In this document: piece by piece, positions 46,479 to 54,316 of the stretch
Position numbering within the stretch: position 1 is the stretch's first letter
How the letters are laid out: each line of letters opens with the position of its first letter
DNA from: Lentisphaeria bacterium
Lineage (GTDB): Bacteria; Verrucomicrobiota; Lentisphaeria; Victivallales; Victivallaceae
Assembly: GCA_017462015.1 (NCBI GenBank)
Contig: JAFTRX010000078.1
Coordinates: 42,740 to 106,739 of the forward strand
DNA: 64,000 nucleotides
Direction of reading: 5' to 3'
The notes under the pieces: model-generated
Database searches by the model: none
Seen by the model: only the letters and a program-made list of their open reading frames with translations
What the model was told of the DNA's origin: nothing
Translations under genes and position numbers: made by a program

Positions 46479-48713
46479 ATGTTGAAAAATAAAGTTATGT
46501 TTCTGGTGCCCGGGCTTTTGCTGGGCGTGTCCACTTTCGCAGCCCCCAAGACCCCGGCTCCGAAGGTTCCTGCCGGCAGTCCGGATTTCACTGTCCGCCG
46601 GGATCATGTCGGCCGTCAGGAAGTGTTGCGTAATACCGATGCCGAAGTTGCGCGAGCCAACCGTCTGGTCGTTGAAGGCAAATTCGATGAGGCGATCGAG
46701 CTTTACCGCGCGGTTGCCAAGAGCTTGGAAAATTTTGCCGGACAGCGTTTCGTTGAACGGCGTAAAATTTGCGAAAAGCGTATCCGCATGAGCTACTTCA
46801 AGAAAGCTGAAGCTGCCATGCGTAAAGCCGATGATACTGTTACTATCGGTGACTTTGAAGCGGCGATCCGTCTGTGCAAAGAAGCGTTGATGTACTGCCC
46901 GGAAAAGAAAGAAGAGCTGGAAAAGAAAATTGCGATGTACGAGATCCGCAGCAAAGCCGCGCGTACTCGCGAAGGTCGTGATATCGCCAACCTCGCTCCC
47001 GGTCTGGAAGCGCAGAATTATCAGATCCAGGTTCTGATCGAACAGGGTCGTGCGCTGGTGCGCCGTCAGGAATATATGAAGGCAAAACGCAAATTTGAAG
47101 AAGTTTTGCTGATCGATCCGTACAATGATGTCGCTATGCAGGATCTGCTCGGTGTCAATACCATGATCCGCAATGCCGCCCGTTTGCGTGCCAACGCGAC
47201 TGCCCGCCGTTTTGTCGGTGGAACCGTCTGGGGCAAAGCGATTCCCGTGGTCACGGACAAGATGTCCATGGATTCCGACAATCAGTTGGACAGTCCGGCA
47301 GTGAAAACAGTTGAATCTGAGTTGGAGAAAAAACTCCGCTCCATCCGCACTACGGTTTCATTTGAAGGTAAGAATATTTACCAGATCATGGAAATTTTGT
47401 CCAAAGAGTGTCTGCGTCATGACCCGGCACGTCTGGGCGTGAACTTTGTTATCAAAAGCAAACCCGGTATTACTGCCGATACTGAAGAACAGCCTATGGT
47501 GGATCAGTTCTTCAAGCGCAATGCCTCGATCTATGACATTTTGTTCGACCTTCAGCACTCGAAAAAGTTCCTGACGTTCCGTGTCGACCGCAATGCGGTG
47601 TATGTTGCTGCTGCCGGTGTTCCGCTGGAAAAGATGGAGGTCAAGATTTTCAACATCTCACTTCCTGCCAAGATTTCCCGCAACCTCAAGACCAGTCTTG
47701 AAACCCGTAATATCAAGTTTGATAAAGAAGCGTATGTCAAAGTCAATGGCAACTACGTCATTGCTTACAACACTCCGGACAACTTGAAGAAGATCGAAAA
47801 TGCGTTGCTCAACATCAGTACGCAGGAACCGGATATGGTTCAGCTGATGTTCAAGTTCCTCGAAGTCAAGCAGGACGACCTGGATGAGCTGGCATTCAAC
47901 TGGCAGTACAGCCGTTCCGGCAACAAAGTGCATTTCGGTACCAACGCCGGAAACGCGCTGCTCCGCCATTACAGCTATGATGCCTCCGGCGGCGGTAAGC
48001 GTTCCGACGGTATGCCGGTCGGTGGTAATCAGGATGATGCCAACTATTATTTCAACTGGAGTGACCGCAAGAACAACTTATCTTTCCAGCTCTATGCGCT
48101 GGATTGGGCTGACAACGCCAACGTTCTGTACGCGCCGCGTATCACCACGCTTTCCGATCAGTTGGCTAAAATCGACATGTCCGAACAGCATTACTATCCG
48201 GAAGACTGGGAATCGGTCGATGCTGAAAGTTCTGACAACCTCCGTTTCAGCGGCGCTGTGCAGCCGGACTTGGAAGATGAGCAGAAGCTTGGTATCAACT
48301 TTGAAGTTCAGCCCCGGGTCGTCGGACAGCGCATCACCGTTCCGATCAACATCCCCATTATGCAGTTCAGTGAATGGTTGACCTTCGATAACGGTGATGA
48401 AGAAGACCGCGAATATGTGAAGAAACCGATCTTCACCAAACGTCAGATCAAGACGGATGTCACGGTCAAAGATGGTGAAACGATTTTCGTTGGCGGTGTG
48501 GTTTCCGACCTCTCAACGACCGTCCATGACAAGATTCCTATTCTGGGCGACATTCCCTTTATCGGACGTCTCTTCCAGTCCAAATACACCAAGTCGCAGA
48601 AGATCAATCTGATGGTTTTCCTCACTTGCCGCATTGTCAAACCGGACGGCTCCGTGCGTTATCCGGAAAACACGTTGGATGACGGTATCCCCGACTTCCC
48701 GCGCAACCAGTAA
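46479..48713 (+). CDS. Secretin (GspD/PilQ superfamily) with a TPR-like N-terminal module, copy 2
   Basis: The signature reads IFVGGVVSD...KIPILGDIPFIGRLFQSKYTKSQKINLMVFLTCRIV. It has a signal peptide and a GAAGGAG SD. It is colinear with copy 1. Confidence 0.85.
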   Translation: MLKNKVMFLVPGLLLGVSTFAAPKTPAPKVPAGSPDFTVRRDHVGRQEVLRNTDAEVARANRLVVEGKFDEAIELYRAVAKSLENFAGQRFVERRKICEKRIRMSYFKKAEAAMRKADDTVTIGDFEAAIRLCKEALMYCPEKKEELEKKIAMYEIRSKAARTREGRDIANLAPGLEAQNYQIQVLIEQGRALVRRQEYMKAKRKFEEVLLIDPYNDVAMQDLLGVNTMIRNAARLRANATARRFVGGTVWGKAIPVVTDKMSMDSDNQLDSPAVKTVESELEKKLRSIRTTVSFEGKNIYQIMEILSKECLRHDPARLGVNFVIKSKPGITADTEEQPMVDQFFKRNASIYDILFDLQHSKKFLTFRVDRNAVYVAAAGVPLEKMEVKIFNISLPAKISRNLKTSLETRNIKFDKEAYVKVNGNYVIAYNTPDNLKKIENALLNISTQEPDMVQLMFKFLEVKQDDLDELAFNWQYSRSGNKVHFGTNAGNALLRHYSYDASGGGKRSDGMPVGGNQDDANYYFNWSDRKNNLSFQLYALDWADNANVLYAPRITTLSDQLAKIDMSEQHYYPEDWESVDAESSDNLRFSGAVQPDLEDEQKLGINFEVQPRVVGQRITVPINIPIMQFSEWLTFDNGDEEDREYVKKPIFTKRQIKTDVTVKDGETIFVGGVVSDLSTTVHDKIPILGDIPFIGRLFQSKYTKSQKINLMVFLTCRIVKPDGSVRYPENTLDDGIPDFPRNQ

Positions 48714-48723
48714 CGATGCTCTT

Positions 48724-48752
48724 CACCCCGGAATTTCCGGGGTGATTTTTTT
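48724..48752 (+). terminator. Rho-independent terminator after the second secretin
   Basis: CACCCCGGA-att-TCCGGGGTG is a 9-bp stem, followed by A and T7. Confidence 0.7.
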
Positions 48753-48754
48753 CT

Positions 48755-49546
48755 ATGGAAACATACACATTCAATGTTATCGGCAAGGTACGCTGTGGGG
48801 AGCAGTACAAGTTTGAAGCACCGCGGCAGGGGGTGTTTTCCTCAGCTTCAGCGGTTATCGAATTGGACTCATGTTATGGCGGAGATGCCATTGCCGATCT
48901 TGCCGGGTTTGAACGTATCTGGGTGGTGTTTGTCTTTCACCGCAACATTGATGCCAAATGGAAAGCACGGGTACAGCCGCCGTGCGCGCCGGAAAAGCGT
49001 AAATACAGTATCTTTGCCACGCGCTCACCGTATCGCCCCAATCCGGTGGGGATGAGCTGTGTTAAACTGGAGCGTATCGACGGCAGAAAATTGTATATCA
49101 GCGGTCATGATCTGCTGGACGGAACACCGGTGTTGGATATAAAGCCGTATATCCCATGTGCGGATGCGTTTCCGGAGGCGGCGGCAGGGTGGCGGGATGA
49201 GTTGGTTGTGCCGGAGTGGACGCTGAGTTACGCTGAGAAATTTCTTCAGCAGGCGGAGTTTTTGCGTATGAACGGGGCGCCGGATATGGTGAATTTCTGC
49301 GACGTGCAGCTGGTGCGCGATCCGTTGGACCGGAAGCGGCACCGGGTGGCGGTGGAAGCGGACGGACGCGGGTACATCGGATGCCGGACGTGGCGACTGC
49401 ATTTCCGGTTCAATGTTGAAACACACTGCATTTGCATGGTGGAGATACGGTCGAATTACCGTGATGATGAGCTTATTTCCGGATGTGCGGACCAATATGG
49501 AGACAAGGAACTCCATCGCAAATACCGGGAAGTATTTGTTCCGTAA
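48755..49546 (+). CDS. trmO: tRNA (t6A37-N6)-methyltransferase TrmO (TsaA/YaeB family) with a C-terminal extension
   Basis: The N-terminus VIGKVRCGEQYKFEAPRQG matches the YaeB pattern. It also has IWVVFVFH, RSPYRPNPVGMSCVKL and GTPVLDIKPYIP. Confidence 0.8.
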   Translation: METYTFNVIGKVRCGEQYKFEAPRQGVFSSASAVIELDSCYGGDAIADLAGFERIWVVFVFHRNIDAKWKARVQPPCAPEKRKYSIFATRSPYRPNPVGMSCVKLERIDGRKLYISGHDLLDGTPVLDIKPYIPCADAFPEAAAGWRDELVVPEWTLSYAEKFLQQAEFLRMNGAPDMVNFCDVQLVRDPLDRKRHRVAVEADGRGYIGCRTWRLHFRFNVETHCICMVEIRSNYRDDELISGCADQYGDKELHRKYREVFVP

Positions 49547-49566
49547 CACCACCGGGCAGAGAAGAG

Positions 49567-51582
49567 TTATCCTTCGTAAAGTTTGGCTTTCCCGGAGGCA
49601 GAGAGACGGATGCAGGGATAACCGCCGCGCTCCACGCGTTCCAGCAGACCGGATGCGATAAGTGAGCGGATAAGTTCTTCGACTTTTGCCGCTTTCAATT
49701 TTCTCAATGCGCCGAAGCAGACGTTGCGGTGGTAGTTCCCGGCGATGATACCGGCACTGCGGCTCCCCGCCAGGATTTGAGCAAGTTTGACTGCGCCGAT
49801 CCTGCCGTTGAAAAGTTCTGCACCGCGTAGCGCCACGCGGATATCATTTTCGCTTATGCCGGAGGCGAGCAGTGCTTCCGGCGAATGGCCGGCGCAGTTG
49901 TCGCAGCAGTTGCATTGCCAATTATCCGGCTTCTCTCCGAAATAGCCGATAAGCTCCTTCTGGCGGCAATCGGATGTGGTCGCGTAATGGATAACGGCGT
50001 TGAGCCGCTGCTCTTCATATTCGCGGCGGAAATTTAATTCTTTGTCATCCAGCGGTGCTTCCGTCATATTGTTGTCGGCAAGCTCGATCGCTCTGCCGGA
50101 AAAGCCGCTTTCCCAGAGAAGAATATCGTTGTTGAGTGCAGTTATCACCCGCTTGATTTGTTCCGGAGAAAGCTGGCACATCTCCGCCATGGAATCGATA
50201 TTTACCGGGAGAAAATCTTTCAGTGCGCTGCCGTAACGTACTGTCATACGGTGGATGAAACGCGAGCGCTGGGTCTTTTCCTCCTGATGGAGTACGCGCA
50301 GAGAATCGACATCCTGAATAAATTTGAGTTTACCGGTTCCGGTTTGGCGGGATTTGCGGATAATGGCACCGGCTTTTTCCAATATGCCCAGTGCCGCAGA
50401 AATTTGCCCGTCACTTGCGGATTCCGGAATGTGGCGCTGAAGTTCGGCGGCACTGATTTCCAGTTCGGCGGCAGTTGAGGATGCCAGCAATCCGCGAACC
50501 GTGCGATACACGGAGCGGATGACTGCCGGAGGCGGGTTGTTCATCTCAATGAGGAAATTCTGGATGTAACGGTCGGCGTAGCTGAAGAGTAAAATACACT
50601 CAGCGCTCTCGCCGTCACGTCCGGCTCTGCCGGCTTCCTGATAGTAGGCTTCCAGCGAACCGGGAAGCTGATAATGGATGACCATTCTGACATCCGGGCG
50701 GTCGATACCCATGCCGAATGCGTTGGTTGCCGCCAGAACCGGAGCCGGATCGGTCATGAAATATTCCTGCGCGCACTTGCGTTCATCGTTGCTCATACCG
50801 GCGTGATAACCACGGATGCCGGGAAGGGCAGAGAGTTCATCGACAGCCTGCCGGGTGGCGGCATAGATGATGACGGCACCGGAGGTTTTCTTTTCCAGCA
50901 GTTTTTTTATGGCGGAAAGTTTGGCATCTTTGCCGCCTTTGCACTCCTGAACTTTAAAGGTGAGATTGGGACGGCGGAAACCGGCGGCGACCAGTTGCAT
51001 TTCCGGTGACTTGAGCTGCACGGCGATGTCCGCGCAGACATCCGGAGTTGCGGTTGCCGTAAAGGCGCATATATGCTTTATTCCGGCACGCTCGGCAATG
51101 GTTCCGATACGGCGGTAACTCGGGCGGAAATCATGACCCCATTCACTGATACAGTGTGCTTCATCGACGACCAGCGTGGCGGGTTTGTTGCGGCAGAGAA
51201 AATCGTAAAAAAAGTCCGTCTGCAACCGTTCCGGAGCGACATAGAGGAGCTTGATCCTGCCGTTTTCAGTTTCGCGTACAGCGTGGAGTTGTTCGGCAAA
51301 GGAGATCGAACTGTTGATGAATGCTGCCGGAATGTTGCGGCGCTGCAGCGCTGCCACCTGATCTGCCATCAAGGCGATAAGCGGGGAGATGACCAGCGTG
51401 TATGAGTCATTCAGCATCGCCGGAAGCTGATAACAGAGCGATTTTCCTGCACCGGTCGGCATGACGACACAGAGGTTTTCTCCGGCGGCAATGCGGTGGA
51501 CGATATCCTTCTGATGGTCGAGAAATCCTTCAAAGCCGAAATACTTCCGCAACAAATTTTCCAAATCAGGCAGAGAATTCAT
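49567..51582 (-). CDS. recQ: ATP-dependent DNA helicase RecQ
   Basis: MPTGAGKSLCYQLPA and DEAHCISEWGHDFRPSY. It has a Zn-binding Cys cluster (CRQKELIGYFGE...CNCCDNC) and RQC/HRDC-length C-terminal domains. Confidence 0.9.
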   Translation of the reverse strand: MNSLPDLENLLRKYFGFEGFLDHQKDIVHRIAAGENLCVVMPTGAGKSLCYQLPAMLNDSYTLVISPLIALMADQVAALQRRNIPAAFINSSISFAEQLHAVRETENGRIKLLYVAPERLQTDFFYDFLCRNKPATLVVDEAHCISEWGHDFRPSYRRIGTIAERAGIKHICAFTATATPDVCADIAVQLKSPEMQLVAAGFRRPNLTFKVQECKGGKDAKLSAIKKLLEKKTSGAVIIYAATRQAVDELSALPGIRGYHAGMSNDERKCAQEYFMTDPAPVLAATNAFGMGIDRPDVRMVIHYQLPGSLEAYYQEAGRAGRDGESAECILLFSYADRYIQNFLIEMNNPPPAVIRSVYRTVRGLLASSTAAELEISAAELQRHIPESASDGQISAALGILEKAGAIIRKSRQTGTGKLKFIQDVDSLRVLHQEEKTQRSRFIHRMTVRYGSALKDFLPVNIDSMAEMCQLSPEQIKRVITALNNDILLWESGFSGRAIELADNNMTEAPLDDKELNFRREYEEQRLNAVIHYATTSDCRQKELIGYFGEKPDNWQCNCCDNCAGHSPEALLASGISENDIRVALRGAELFNGRIGAVKLAQILAGSRSAGIIAGNYHRNVCFGALRKLKAAKVEELIRSLIASGLLERVERGGYPCIRLSASGKAKLYEG

Positions 51583-52502
51583 GGCTGTTTCCGGTAACGG
51601 CGCGCCCGGTTTATCCGGGAGGTTGAACTCCAGAACGCGCGTAATTCGCGTTCAAGCTGTTTGAGATCGAACTCTTTTTTCAGGACATTCAGCGCCTTGA
51701 ACTGGTCGCGGTAACGCCGGAGCAGATGAACATAGCGGACTGGAATCTTGGCAAAAGGAGAATTTTCTGATGCGGCGCCAACGTAGAGGTAGAACATCAA
51801 AGCGTTGGCAAAACGGTAGTTGAGATTACGGTTCTTTGCTTCATAGAACTGCTTGTAATCTTTTTTCATAAAGGTGTACAAATCTCCGTGGAACATCCTG
51901 ACCGCCTTGACAAGCTCATTTTCTTTTTTGCGCGGAATCGCGATATTGCCGCTGTTTTGAATATCTTCAAAAACCTGCGCACTGCCTTCGTTGAACCACA
52001 TGCCGGGCATTACTTTATTTTCAAGGATGGAGGCAAGATATTGATGGAAACCTTCATGGTAGATGACAGTTGACGTGTACTTGCGGTAGGCGTTCCGGCT
52101 GCTTTCGCCGGGGGGCGGGGAGATTTCAAGGGTCTTGCCGTTCCAGACACCGGAACTCCAACTGAACTCTTTGCCGACCGCACTCAAATACTGCTGCCGG
52201 GTACGGTATATATTTACTATTCCCCGTTCCGGAACAACTCCGGGCGGCGGCGGCAGAAAAAGTTCAAATTGGGAGCGGGCGTTTTCCAGATTGTTGAGTA
52301 CTTTGCGGAACAGACTTTTTCTGGAATCGTAAATATAGAAATTATAATTCCGGGACTTCAGACCGCGTGTCCAGACTTTCTTTGCCGCTTGCGCCGGGAG
52401 GGTGGAACACAACAACAGCAAAACGGCGGTACAAAGGTATACCGCCGGATGAAATTTGGATATTTGCTGTTGTGTTAAATACCGCAATTTATCGCTCCGC
52501 AC
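51579..52502 (-). CDS. Exported gluzincin-motif protein (HEXXH-X18-E; DUF1570-like putative metallopeptidase)
   Basis: IYHEGFHQYLASILENKVMPGMWFNEGSAQ fits HEXXH-X18-E exactly. It has an N-terminal signal-like helix. The start codon is uncertain (GTG 52502 or a TTG shortly downstream). Its stop overlaps the recQ start (ATGA). Confidence 0.55.
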   Translation of the reverse strand: MRSDKLRYLTQQQISKFHPAVYLCTAVLLLLCSTLPAQAAKKVWTRGLKSRNYNFYIYDSRKSLFRKVLNNLENARSQFELFLPPPPGVVPERGIVNIYRTRQQYLSAVGKEFSWSSGVWNGKTLEISPPPGESSRNAYRKYTSTVIYHEGFHQYLASILENKVMPGMWFNEGSAQVFEDIQNSGNIAIPRKKENELVKAVRMFHGDLYTFMKKDYKQFYEAKNRNLNYRFANALMFYLYVGAASENSPFAKIPVRYVHLLRRYRDQFKALNVLKKEFDLKQLERELRAFWSSTSRINRARRYRKQP

Positions 52503-53615
52503 TTACTTGGCAACAGCTGCCGGTTTCAACAGAGCTTCTGCCTGAGTCCAAATTTCGTAAGCCGTCGTGTTGAGCAGTTTGATCGCTTCAGCACGTTTGC
52601 CGCTGTCGAGAAGTTTGCGCGCCTGCACTTTGGCAGCGGCATATTTTTTCATGGCATCAGCTTCAAACTTCTGCCATTCCGCGGGGATGGGCGCAGTGTA
52701 GCCGACCTTGTCGCCGCGTTTGAACGAAGCAAGTGACCAGGAGTACGATGCCATGGAAGGCAGGACTTTTTCAGTACAAATGGGAATGGGAACACAGACC
52801 GTGTTGCGGGGATTGCCGATATACGCATAGAGCGTGGAAAGCACATCGGGATATTTGATGTCGATTTCCATGGTACTGCCGGAGTTGGTACTCTTGCCAC
52901 AAACGGAGCGTTCGGGATATACGCCGCTGGGGAGTTTGCAGTGGCGGGAAAGTTCAGAAATGGCGGGAACCGTGATCTTGCCGTATTTATCCATGATCTG
53001 ATTCAAGCCGGAAAGCGCGATATAGGCTCTGGCGCTGCTGTGGAGATAGCTTTTGTAAGAACCGCGGGCGCGGGCAATCATGCCGGGGTTCTGCCAGATG
53101 TTGGCGCGGACAGCAAAGGTGCTGTCGTAACGCTGAACCGACATGTGTTTGGTGGTAAATTCGCAGATATAACCCTCTTTGGTGTCAAGGAAGAAGAAGG
53201 TAGAGCCGGAATTATTGTGGTAATAGTCACCGGCTTTGACCAGTTCTTCCAGTTTTTTTACCGCCTGCGCCGCTGTATCGCAGGAATTAAGGATGACAAG
53301 GAGCAATGCGGGGGTGGGTTTTTTATCCTTGGGATTGGGGGCATCAAGAGTCTTTTCGCCGCTGTTCATCGCACCGGCAAGACCGGAACTGTTCACTCCG
53401 GAATTGGTAAGTCCGATGGTGCCGATGGCAACCCATTTGCGTTTGGCACCGGCGGGGCTGATGTATGCCGCGACCCGGCGCTCTTTGGAATCGCGGTTCT
53501 TGTGAAGAATGTTGGTGTTGTTCTTGGTGAAATCCTTGAAGACCATCCAGCTGGTGCAGGCAAAAACCGGCATCGCCAGAACAGAGAGTACCAGCAGCAA
53601 AACAAATTTTTTCAT
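52503..53615 (-). CDS. Secreted Ntn-hydrolase superfamily protein (peptidase C69/C45-like, Cys nucleophile)
   Basis: The signal peptide ends ...AMPVFA|CTSWMV, so Cys would be the first mature residue, as in C69/choloylglycine-type Ntn hydrolases. HKNRD lies nearby. Confidence 0.5.
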   Translation of the reverse strand: MKKFVLLLVLSVLAMPVFACTSWMVFKDFTKNNTNILHKNRDSKERRVAAYISPAGAKRKWVAIGTIGLTNSGVNSSGLAGAMNSGEKTLDAPNPKDKKPTPALLLVILNSCDTAAQAVKKLEELVKAGDYYHNNSGSTFFFLDTKEGYICEFTTKHMSVQRYDSTFAVRANIWQNPGMIARARGSYKSYLHSSARAYIALSGLNQIMDKYGKITVPAISELSRHCKLPSGVYPERSVCGKSTNSGSTMEIDIKYPDVLSTLYAYIGNPRNTVCVPIPICTEKVLPSMASYSWSLASFKRGDKVGYTAPIPAEWQKFEADAMKKYAAAKVQARKLLDSGKRAEAIKLLNTTAYEIWTQAEALLKPAAVAK

Positions 53616-53640
53616 AATGTCCCCCGGCGTATATGATATT

Positions 53641-54297
53641 TCAACAATTTTTGCTCAACTCAACTGCGGCAGAGACGGCGGATTTGATGGCATCCCAGTT
53701 GCCGCTTTCGATATCACTGCTCTTGCCGAGCCAGGTGCCGCCGACGGCGACCACCTCTTTGAGTTTCAAATATTCAGCCACGTTTCCGGTGGAGACACCG
53801 CCGGTGGGCATGAAACGCACACCGAGATGCTTGTACGGGGCGATGAGCGACTTGAGGAAATTCACGCCGCCGGAAGCCTCTGCCGGGAAGAATTTGAGGA
53901 AGCGGCAGCCGAATTCCATTGCCTGCTCCGCTTCGCTGGGGGTGCAGACACCCGGGGCGAAAGCGAAACCGTTGGCGACCGCTTCTTTGACGATGGTCGG
54001 ATTGAAGCCCGGAGCAACGGCAAACTTGGCACCGGCATCAAAGGCGCGGTGCAGATCGCGGGTGTTGAGAATGGTTCCGGCACCGAGATAGAGTTCCGGG
54101 AAACGGCTGGCGGCAGCTTTGATAACGGCTTCTGCCGCCGTGGTACGGAAGGTGATTTCGGCGGCGGGGAGTCCACATTCAGCGAGGACTTCGCACATTT
54201 TCAAACCGGAATCGACATCGTTCAATACCAGAACGGGAACGATTTTTATTGCCGAAAGTTTCTCAATTGCAGCTTGAGTATTTTTCTGAAAACTCAT
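53641..54297 (-). CDS. eda: KDPG / 4-hydroxy-2-oxoglutarate aldolase
   Basis: IVPVLV, AEITFRT, GAGTIL, PGVCTPSE, LKFFPA and PTGGV blocks. Start placed at ATG 54297 (MSFQKN) behind GGAG. The track start is 54333. Confidence 0.85.
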   Translation of the reverse strand: MSFQKNTQAAIEKLSAIKIVPVLVLNDVDSGLKMCEVLAECGLPAAEITFRTTAAEAVIKAAASRFPELYLGAGTILNTRDLHRAFDAGAKFAVAPGFNPTIVKEAVANGFAFAPGVCTPSEAEQAMEFGCRFLKFFPAEASGGVNFLKSLIAPYKHLGVRFMPTGGVSTGNVAEYLKLKEVVAVGGTWLGKSSDIESGNWDAIKSAVSAAVELSKNC

Positions 54298-54316
54298 GAT
54301 CTTATTCTCCGTTGAA

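Noticed and set aside
43854-48713. Reading the two secretins as evidence for a T2SS or T3SS.
   Set aside because: No GspC-M, GspE/F or T3SS basal-body genes occur nearby. The only recognisable partner is the PilM-PilN fusion, so a T4P-like or novel system is the better description.
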